Positions 56,735 to 64,000 of a stretch of 64,000 nucleotides of DNA are shown piece after piece (the stretch's first letter is position 1; every line of letters starts with the position of its first letter). The notes beneath the pieces are model-generated. The model saw nothing but the letters and a program-made list of their open reading frames with translations, searched no databases and had not been told where the DNA came from. The DNA is from Nitrosopumilaceae archaeon. GTDB lineage: Archaea > Thermoproteota > Nitrososphaeria > Nitrososphaerales > Nitrosopumilaceae. The stretch is from positions 2,174 to 66,173 of the forward strand of contig JASHNR010000012.1 of assembly GCA_030041535.1 (NCBI GenBank), written 5' to 3'. Position numbers and translations under genes: made by a program.

Positions 56735-58837
56735 CTATGAAAGACCAATCCTGGCATCTACTACCTTGCATCCCTTGCCTTCTTCAAAAACTACGGTAGG
56801 ATTCAAATCAAGTTCCTTTATTTGGGGAAAATCTGTTGCCAACTGTGATATTCTCTGTATGCATTCGGCCAATTTTTTGATATCTGACGGTCTCTCACCA
56901 CGTACCCCATGGAGAAGTTGATTTGTTCTAATTGAGGATACCATGCAGGAAGCCTCCACATCCGTGATTGGTGCAACCCTGAAAACAACGTCTTTTAGGA
57001 ACTGGACGTAAATTCCGCCCATTCCAAACATCACTACTGGGCCAAATCCTGTCTCTTGCTTGGAACCAATTATTGTCTCCTTGCCACCAGCGACCATTTC
57101 CTGCACAAGAATCCCTCGGATCTCAACGTTTGAGTTGTATTGCTTGGCATTTTTTATTATTTCCACAAAGGCATCTCTTGTTTCTTTCTCGGTTTTTATA
57201 TTTACTCTTACTCCACCTGCATCTGATTTGTGCAATATTTGAGGTGATGATATTTTCATTACTACTGGAAAACCCACATCTTTTGCTATCGTTGCAGCCT
57301 CATCTTCAGTCTTGGCAATTTTACCTAGTGGAATTGGAAGACCATAAGCTTTCAAAACTTGCATCCCTTCCTCTTGAAGCAGCGTAAACCTTCCCTCGTC
57401 TCTTGCCCTTCTTAGCAACTCCTCAACCTCGTTTTTGTTTACTTCAAATTTTGTAATATTCCCTTCAGGAAGTTTCAGCCATTCAGCAAATTGCAACATG
57501 GCCTTGAGTGATCTTATTGCTTCCTCGGCGTAATTGTAGTACGGTATGTTTCCATCTGCCAGAATCTCTTTATTTCTAGGGCCTTCATCTTGCCCCATCA
57601 GACTTGCAAGCATTGTCTTGCCATATTTTTTTGACAGTGTAATAATTACTTCAGCAAGCTTGTTGTAGTCAAGTATTGCAGTAGGCACACATATTGTTAC
57701 CACAGATCCCACATTTGGATGAGCAAGAACAAGATCTAGTACATTTTTGAAGCGTTCATGATCTGCATCGCCTACTATATCTACGGGATTCCTGGAACTG
57801 CCCCACGGCGGTATCACGGCATCGATATTTGGCCGGATATCTGAAATATCAGCTATCTTTATGCCAAACTTCTCGCATGCATCAGTTGATATTATGGCAA
57901 GACCTCCTGCATTAGATACAATTACCATATCTCCTTTGATAGGTATTGGTTGTTTTGCAAAAGCTGTAGCGTAATCAAATAATTCTTCCATGTCATCAAC
58001 TCGTATCGCACCTGCCTGCCTTAGGACTGCATCATAGACCTCGTCTGAACCCATGAGTGCACCTGTGTGTGACATTGCAGCCTTTGCGCCACGCGCACTA
58101 CGACCAGATTTTAAGACCAGAACTGGTTTTTTGATATCATTACGTTTTGTTATCTGCTTGCAAATGTCAATAAACTTGTTACCGTCATGCATGTCCTCAA
58201 GATACATTACTATAACTTTAGTCTGAGGATGCAAAGATAGTATTTCAAGTATCTCAACCTCGGTTTGGTCAACCTTGTTTCCCATACTTACCACTGCAGA
58301 AAATCCCACATCTTCCATACTTGCATTTTCAATCAAGGCAGCACATATAGCACCGCTCTGAGATACCAGTGCTATATTTCCTGTCTTGGGAATGCTTTTG
58401 AGAAATGTCGCGTTCATCATCACCTTTGGATCTAAATTCATTATTCCAATACAGTTTGGTCCTATCACTTTGATGCCATATCTCTGGGCTATGGTTCTTA
58501 CTTCGTCTTCAAGTTTTGCTCCCTCCTTGCCGGTTTCTTTGAAACCCGACGTGATTATGATAGTCCCTTTCACCTTTTTTATTCCGCATTCCTCCATTAT
58601 TTTTGGAACAGTTGTATTCCTTGTTACTATAATGGCTAGATCAATTTCCTGCGGAATGTCCACTACACTTTTGTATGTTTTCATACCAAAGACAAAATCT
58701 TTGGCAGGATTTACTGGAAAAACTGATCCTTTAAAGTCTTTTATAATATTTGAGGTTATCGCGTGACCAACACTTCCTTCCTTGTCTGTAGCACCTATTA
58801 CTGCAATAGATCCTGGGGAGAGAATAGAATAGCTCAA
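56735..58837 (-). CDS. ADP-forming acyl-CoA synthetase, fused alpha-beta (paralog; candidate 3-hydroxypropionate-CoA ligase or second 4HB ligase)
   Basis: 700 aa. Collinear with 52928..55033 and roughly two-thirds identical by eye. Same SIAVIGATDKEGSVG and AAMSHTGALMGS motifs. Confidence 0.82.
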   Translation of the reverse strand: MSYSILSPGSIAVIGATDKEGSVGHAITSNIIKDFKGSVFPVNPAKDFVFGMKTYKSVVDIPQEIDLAIIVTRNTTVPKIMEECGIKKVKGTIIITSGFKETGKEGAKLEDEVRTIAQRYGIKVIGPNCIGIMNLDPKVMMNATFLKSIPKTGNIALVSQSGAICAALIENASMEDVGFSAVVSMGNKVDQTEVEILEILSLHPQTKVIVMYLEDMHDGNKFIDICKQITKRNDIKKPVLVLKSGRSARGAKAAMSHTGALMGSDEVYDAVLRQAGAIRVDDMEELFDYATAFAKQPIPIKGDMVIVSNAGGLAIISTDACEKFGIKIADISDIRPNIDAVIPPWGSSRNPVDIVGDADHERFKNVLDLVLAHPNVGSVVTICVPTAILDYNKLAEVIITLSKKYGKTMLASLMGQDEGPRNKEILADGNIPYYNYAEEAIRSLKAMLQFAEWLKLPEGNITKFEVNKNEVEELLRRARDEGRFTLLQEEGMQVLKAYGLPIPLGKIAKTEDEAATIAKDVGFPVVMKISSPQILHKSDAGGVRVNIKTEKETRDAFVEIIKNAKQYNSNVEIRGILVQEMVAGGKETIIGSKQETGFGPVVMFGMGGIYVQFLKDVVFRVAPITDVEASCMVSSIRTNQLLHGVRGERPSDIKKLAECIQRISQLATDFPQIKELDLNPTVVFEEGKGCKVVDARIGLS

Positions 58838-58846
58838 GTCTTAGAA

Positions 58847-59080
58847 TCACTCCCTGTATTTCTTAATTAGGTCAGCAATCTTTCTTCCCATTGACACATG
58901 TAAAGCATAGCTCATACAAGAAAGTTCGTTCAAGTGGTCAGTATATTGCTTTGTAAACTGTGATCTTGAAATTTTTTCCATTGTCCTTCCCGGATTATTG
59001 ATAACTGCAACAGATTGGATATTTTTGTTCAAACTAAAGACGGAATTACACAATGATTTAAGGTAAACATGAGACGACAT
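58847..59080 (-). CDS. truncated paralog of the Roadblock-like protein at 1860..2237
   Basis: 77 aa. NKNIQSVAVINNPGRTMEKI...HVSMGR aligns with the N-terminal half of the 125-aa protein. It stops 9 nt before the ACD paralog start. Confidence 0.5.
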   Translation of the reverse strand: MSSHVYLKSLCNSVFSLNKNIQSVAVINNPGRTMEKISRSQFTKQYTDHLNELSCMSYALHVSMGRKIADLIKKYRE

Positions 59081-59356
59081 TAGATCACGCCTTATGCTGA
59101 AACATAACTTCTTTTAACAATTCGGGTAATTCTCAATGCTAATAATGAAATTGAAAATGATCGCATCAAAAATAATGCTATACTCTTCAACTATTGATTA
59201 AATTCAACCCCCAACTTGTAGAGAATAAAATCTTCTGGTAAGACATAATAGAACCTACGTACCAATATGGTGCCAATATCTTTTTGCCATCAAGACGGAA
59301 ATGGTATAACGCCTAAAGAATAACTGATAAATTGGATTGCAGTATGGCTGATCTTG

Positions 59357-60235
59357 ATGCTAGACTATGATTACCCTTTGTACAGGCCGCCATCGGAGGG
59401 CAAGTCACTTATTTTTCAGGTAACACTTGGGTGCTCGTTTAACAAATGTTCGTACTGTGACATGTATAGAACAAAAGAATACCAAGAAAGACCATGGGAT
59501 GAGATAAAGATGGAAATTGATCTTGCTTCAAAACACATGCCAGGAACATCAAGAATATTTCTTGCAGATGGCGATGCGCTGAATCTGTCAACAGAGAGAA
59601 TGTTACAGATTTTAGATTACATACAAGACAAGTTTCCAAATCTTGAGAGAATTTCGTGCTATGCCATGCCAAAAAACATTTTGGAAAAATCTACAGAGGA
59701 CCTGAAAAAACTTTATGGCGCAGGGCTTACCATGTTCTATATTGGTATAGAGACCGGTTCTGATATCATACTGAAAAAAATTACAAAGGGTGCAACTAGC
59801 CAGACAATCATCAAGGCATGTCAAAAGGCAAAGGACTCTGGCTATACCATATCATGCATGGTGATTCTGGGCCTTGGCGGAAAAAATTACTCAAAGCAAC
59901 ACATTGAAGATACTGCAAAGATTCTCAGCGTAACCTCCCCTCATTACGTGGGAGCTCTAACTTTGCATCTGGACAAAGGAATACGCGAAGAATTTCTTAC
60001 CAAGTTCAAGGAACCTTTTCTGGCAATTGACGATTCTGATGCGCTAGATGAGCTAGAGTCTCTTGTGAGCAAGATGGAACCCAAGACTCCGGTAATTTTT
60101 CGAGCCAACCATGGTTCCAATGCATATCCAATAGGCGGTACATTTCCACAGGAGAAGCAGCAGATGCTGGAAAAAATTACATATCTTAGAGAACATCCAG
60201 AATTGTGCAGACCAGTAGGTTTTAGGGCATTCTAG
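59357..60235 (+). CDS. radical SAM domain protein
   Basis: GCSFNKCSYCDMY (CxxxCxxC), IFLADGDAL, IGIETGSD. Confidence 0.8.
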   Translation: MLDYDYPLYRPPSEGKSLIFQVTLGCSFNKCSYCDMYRTKEYQERPWDEIKMEIDLASKHMPGTSRIFLADGDALNLSTERMLQILDYIQDKFPNLERISCYAMPKNILEKSTEDLKKLYGAGLTMFYIGIETGSDIILKKITKGATSQTIIKACQKAKDSGYTISCMVILGLGGKNYSKQHIEDTAKILSVTSPHYVGALTLHLDKGIREEFLTKFKEPFLAIDDSDALDELESLVSKMEPKTPVIFRANHGSNAYPIGGTFPQEKQQMLEKITYLREHPELCRPVGFRAF

Positions 60236-60384
60236 AATTATTTTTCAGCTAACAACTAATGCAATTATGGATGCAATTTGCCAGAAATGTCAATGCGTAA
60301 GATATAGTAATTTTCTCACAATGGTGCTAATTCATCGGTCACATAAAAAAACCAGTGCAGATTTTCTAGGGTACAGTAATGATA

Positions 60385-61017
60385 TTAGCTTGTTGAATTG
60401 GTAACTATGAAATGATTTATCGAGAGATGGCCCCACTCATCATCTCCCACTAAGGTATACACTCCTGGCGTGAGTGTCTGGAATTTCTGTCCCTGATAGT
60501 ATCCATCAAATGCAATATGATACTGCATCGTGACCCGATAGTTTGTTGAATTGTAGGTTTCAATTACTGCTTTGTTGCTAGAGGGCTGGAAGACATAGTC
60601 TACTATACCAATTGTTTTACACATGTAGACACCGCTCCGATAAAACGGTAGATGTTTACCTTCAGTCATGTTCTCCACTGAATAGTTTCCCTCAAACAAG
60701 GCCATGCCATAGGGCAGATAGAATTGACAGGGCAATATACTCCATTGTCTTACAGGCCAATTATGTTGTGGACGTAGTGTAAGTACATTTGGCGATGTAT
60801 TGTCAAGTACAATATCCATTGCAATCCCTTGCCCTACCTTTATTTGAGTGGAATTCACAGATACATTAAACGAAAGCATGGACTGCGGTGTATTTTCAGA
60901 GATTGGTTGATAGGGCTGGTTTTGATTGAATATATGAGAGAACGATACAATTGCTCCAAATGCTACAATTGCTCCAATGCTTATTGCTGTAATGATGTAA
61001 AGAGTTAGTGACTTCAT
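60385..61017 (-). CDS. N-terminally anchored extracellular protein
   Basis: TM segment LYIITAISIGAIVAFGAIV and several N-x-S/T sequons. It shares a 4-nt overlap with the upstream gene. Confidence 0.55.
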   Translation of the reverse strand: MKSLTLYIITAISIGAIVAFGAIVSFSHIFNQNQPYQPISENTPQSMLSFNVSVNSTQIKVGQGIAMDIVLDNTSPNVLTLRPQHNWPVRQWSILPCQFYLPYGMALFEGNYSVENMTEGKHLPFYRSGVYMCKTIGIVDYVFQPSSNKAVIETYNSTNYRVTMQYHIAFDGYYQGQKFQTLTPGVYTLVGDDEWGHLSINHFIVTNSTS

Positions 61018-61508
61018 ATTCCTCCACCCAATTTTATGCTGTTCCCTCGATTAGATATTATTCCATAAAAAATAAGTAGCGCTGCAATGCTTGCTGCAAG
61101 TACAATCCCAGATGCTGGAAACTCTGGTACAGGAGTTGTTGTACCTGTACTTTGGGTGATAGAAAATCCGTCAATTTTTGCACTAGCCGTTATTTTCAGG
61201 TTACCCGGAGAGGCAGTAGGTGGCATCTTGAACTGAAGATTAAAGCTTCCATTCTGATCTGCCTGTATAGTTCTGATCAGAAGCAGGTTTCCCTTTGCAT
61301 CATTTACTTGTATAGCAATAGATTGGCCAGGAGTTACGTCATTGACCAAACCTGTGATGTTTACTATGTCCCCTGGACCATATGCACTCTTGGATGTGTT
61401 AATAGTAATTGATTCATTGCCTAGCTGTGCATAGGAGCTTGGTATAGCAAGCGCTACCAGAGACAAGGCAACTATTGCAAGTAGTGATGAGATTTTCAAT
61501 TTGCCCAT
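61014..61508 (-). CDS. secreted Ig-like/MG2-like domain protein with a PEF-type C-terminal sorting-signal-like tail
   Basis: Signal peptide, then a beta domain (YGPGDIVNITGLV...NGSFNLQFKMP), then PVPEFPASGIVLAASIAALLIFYGIISNR. Confidence 0.6.
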   Translation of the reverse strand: MGKLKISSLLAIVALSLVALAIPSSYAQLGNESITINTSKSAYGPGDIVNITGLVNDVTPGQSIAIQVNDAKGNLLLIRTIQADQNGSFNLQFKMPPTASPGNLKITASAKIDGFSITQSTGTTTPVPEFPASGIVLAASIAALLIFYGIISNRGNSIKLGGGI

Positions 61509-61510
61509 AC

Positions 61511-64000
61511 CTACAAGAGTCCTACAAAATATGATAATTCATGTGATTCTGGTGTGCCTCCTTGATTTGGCCAAGCAGTTAATACGTTAGCGTATATGCT
61601 GGCAAGACCTGCCGAGGCCTGTGTAGGCACATAATATGGAATTACTACCTCCGAAGTACCAGGGTTTAGCGTGTATTGTACTGAGCCTGTTCCCAATGTA
61701 TCAAGGTTTGAATCAAGAAGGTCTATAGTTACAAGTGTTGGAACAGTATAGTTTGATGAAATATTTACCCTGACATAGCCGTTCTGGCCTCGGGTAAATG
61801 TTGAGACTGGGTTTCCATTTTGGTCAGTTGGTTGGACTGACGTTATCTGGATACCACTTGAATTGGTAGAGTTGTCCTCCAAGTTTGCAATGCATGGGTT
61901 TGTCCCATTAACAACTGTCAGATCTCCATTGCTGTCAAAACATGACTGTACATTGCTGTTTGCAAGACCATACTCTACGTTGAGATTGTTGTTTATCTGT
62001 ACGACTTGTTCACGGTTTACTGCTGCATAGCTGTCAAATGTTTGCATTGCTTGGGCCAAGCTTCCACCATTATCAAGTACGTTTTGCATAGCAGCATTTG
62101 CAGCAGCTACTCTTTGCTGCATAAAGTCAAACTCTCCCTCATAGACTCCCTGTGTACTGTTATTTGATATCGTAGAGAGGAAAGAAGAATAAGCTGCACT
62201 AGGAGTGGTGGAGGCAGTAGATTGTTGAAGCGCTGTCAGGTCTTGTTTGAGCTGGCTTGCAGCAGCTACTCTTTGCTGTTGTACCAATTCATTGTTAACT
62301 GTTGTAGCTGTTTCATTTCCAAGTATGTTTGCCACTTGTTGCTTTGAGACCTGAATCTCTTGCAAGATCTTTTGTGCCATAGGATCATTTTGGAGAGATG
62401 GACCGACAAGAGTGGTAAACTGGGTGACATTTCCAGAACTAGTTAGATTGGATGCAGCGCCTGTCGAGTTGAGTGCGGTAAGATTGAGGTTTACTAGTGC
62501 AATTGATTGGTCACCAGTATTTGCCGCAGTACCATTTTGATATGCAAGTGCCAAAAGTTGTGCTTGGGTAGGACTCATAAACGTCATGGTATCATTTTGT
62601 ATGGCAACACCCAACATAGTCTGTGCTTGAGCATTTGTCATCTCGGCTGATGCAGTAGATACTAGAGTTGTTCCAGTCAGGTTTTGCGGCTGCTGCGTAC
62701 AAGTTTGCGGAGGAGTTGGTTGATACGAAACTGGGAGTGTAGCAGGATTCTCTAGACTAGCTGAGAGGCATGATTCTGGAGTAAGAGGAGTGCCTCCATT
62801 GCTTGGCCAATTAGAATATGCGTCAGTGAATATGTCTGCTGTTCCCACTTGAGTATTTAGAGGTATGAAAAATGAGAGCGTCATCTGTGAGTTACCTGGG
62901 CTTATTGTAGAGTTAATTGATGCCGTACCTATACTGCTCTGGTTTGCGTCAAAGAGATTCAAAGTAAGAAGCGCAGGCATTGTCTCGCTAGAAGAAACTG
63001 AGACCTGGACAAAGTTGTTCTGACCTTCCTTTAACATAGAGACTGGATTGCCCTGTTGGTCAGTTAGCTGTACTGAATTTATCGATATTCCATCTGTTTT
63101 GATTACATTAAATGTTGTAGCATTGGTATAGTTTCTCCCATCAACTAGTGCTGTTGCGATATCTTGATAGACTCCTGTCTGAAAGTTTGATGGAATCTTG
63201 AATTGTAACTCACCTGTACCGTTTTCGTCTGTAGTTACTGTTCTTGATACAATGTCATTTCCCGTAGGATCTGAAACTACAATTGCAATATTCTGAAGGC
63301 TTAGGCCAGGCAATGCTACCTGCAGTGTTACAACATCACCATAAGCATAGTATGCTTGGTCGTTGGTTAGCAAGAGCGCAGGGGGTAAGATTGGAGCACC
63401 AGTATAGGCTGTTGCAGAAGACGCTGCACTGGAGTTACTTGTAGCACTTGAATTACTTGTAGCACTTGAATTTGTTATGCCTGAGATCGCAATAGTTGGC
63501 GACTCTTCTGATTCATTGCTAGCCGAGGTTTCTGTACTAGTTGTTGTAGGAGCAACTATTGTTATCGAGTCAGAACCCAAATCACCGCCACCTGATGACT
63601 CTTCTATCGGTGCCGGAGTAGATGATTCTGAGCTTGCCTGTGAAGGAGGTACATTAGTAAAGTTTGGAGAAGGAATTACACTGTTGGGTGCGGTGTAGCA
63701 TCTATTATCTGAGTGAAGATATGGATATCCGGCATAAACTCCTATACCGCATTCAGGTGCAGCGTAACATCTATTGTCTGAGTGAAGATATGGATGATTC
63801 AAGTCACACTCTAGTACATTGCCTGTCACATTACCTCTTTCTTGCGTGTTGTTAGTCTGATTGAATCTAAAGTGTGAGTAATAATAAGGCAAAGTTGATG
63901 TGATATTTCCTGAGGTGTTGTTAGTCTGATTGAATCTAAAGTGTGAGTAATAAGGCAAAGTTGATGTGACATTTCCTGATGTGTTGTTAGTCTGGGTAGG
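61511..64000 (-). CDS. very large secreted/S-layer-like glycoprotein, 5'-partial (the frame stays open to the window edge)
   Basis: More than 829 codons. It is rich in N-x-S/T sequons and has two homologous ~105-aa domains, an MG2-like domain, Ser/Thr/Asn linkers and N-terminal tandem repeats. The M at 63958 is an internal TTG. Confidence 0.7.
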   Translation of the reverse strand, partial: PTQTNNTSGNVTSTLPYYSHFRFNQTNNTSGNITSTLPYYYSHFRFNQTNNTQERGNVTGNVLECDLNHPYLHSDNRCYAAPECGIGVYAGYPYLHSDNRCYTAPNSVIPSPNFTNVPPSQASSESSTPAPIEESSGGGDLGSDSITIVAPTTTSTETSASNESEESPTIAISGITNSSATSNSSATSNSSAASSATAYTGAPILPPALLLTNDQAYYAYGDVVTLQVALPGLSLQNIAIVVSDPTGNDIVSRTVTTDENGTGELQFKIPSNFQTGVYQDIATALVDGRNYTNATTFNVIKTDGISINSVQLTDQQGNPVSMLKEGQNNFVQVSVSSSETMPALLTLNLFDANQSSIGTASINSTISPGNSQMTLSFFIPLNTQVGTADIFTDAYSNWPSNGGTPLTPESCLSASLENPATLPVSYQPTPPQTCTQQPQNLTGTTLVSTASAEMTNAQAQTMLGVAIQNDTMTFMSPTQAQLLALAYQNGTAANTGDQSIALVNLNLTALNSTGAASNLTSSGNVTQFTTLVGPSLQNDPMAQKILQEIQVSKQQVANILGNETATTVNNELVQQQRVAAASQLKQDLTALQQSTASTTPSAAYSSFLSTISNNSTQGVYEGEFDFMQQRVAAANAAMQNVLDNGGSLAQAMQTFDSYAAVNREQVVQINNNLNVEYGLANSNVQSCFDSNGDLTVVNGTNPCIANLEDNSTNSSGIQITSVQPTDQNGNPVSTFTRGQNGYVRVNISSNYTVPTLVTIDLLDSNLDTLGTGSVQYTLNPGTSEVVIPYYVPTQASAGLASIYANVLTAWPNQGGTPESHELSYFVGLL
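63848..64000. repeat. tandem 66-69 bp coding repeats (LPYY(Y)SHFRFNQTNNT...), at least 2.3 copies, continuing off-window
   Basis: gttgttagtctgattgaatctaaagtgtgagtaata... recurs at 63848 and 63917; a partial third unit begins at 63983 and runs off the window. Confidence 0.85.

Overview
AT-rich archaeal chromosome segment. GC looks like roughly one third by eye; it was not computed. The gene content points to an ammonia-oxidising thaumarchaeon (Nitrosopumilales-like). Diagnostic genes are 4-hydroxybutyryl-CoA dehydratase plus two fused ADP-forming acyl-CoA synthetases (3HP/4HB cycle), an sdhA-C-D-B operon, a Hel308-MCM-GINS block divergent from RFC, the L7Ae-S28e-L24e-Ndk-aIF5B cluster, Alba, LSm-L37e, aIF6, HisRS, archease, Zn-type ferredoxins and five tRNAs (Ala-GGC, Pro-CGG, Ser-TGA, Leu-TAG, Ala-CGC). 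Most of the window is dense, ordinary core genome. Three accessory patches stand out. (1) Positions 1-7400 hold a decayed tyrosine-recombinase gene, a type IIIA P-type ATPase cassette, a frameshifted HicB-like gene, an RHH-led small-gene operon, and several families of short direct repeats that look like nested att sites. (2) Positions 8890-10170 hold a stand-alone, apparently intact TnpB (IS200/IS605 OrfB) gene that ends about 20 nt from the argH start codon. (3) Positions 42159-45632 form a visibly AT-richer islet next to tRNA-Ala(CGC). It is bounded by an exact 17-nt duplicate of the tRNA 3' end. It carries a SAM-methyltransferase followed by a kinase-like protein whose C-terminus is encoded by five identical 42-bp repeats (coiled-coil). 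This domain order resembles the bacterial O-antigen chain terminator/ruler WbdD. A conserved ~110-nt non-coding module occurs three times, each time just upstream of an att-like sequence. The right end of the window holds a surface-protein operon that runs off the window edge. All calls come from reading the ORF translations and the DNA by eye. No database search, alignment program or RNA-folding tool was available.
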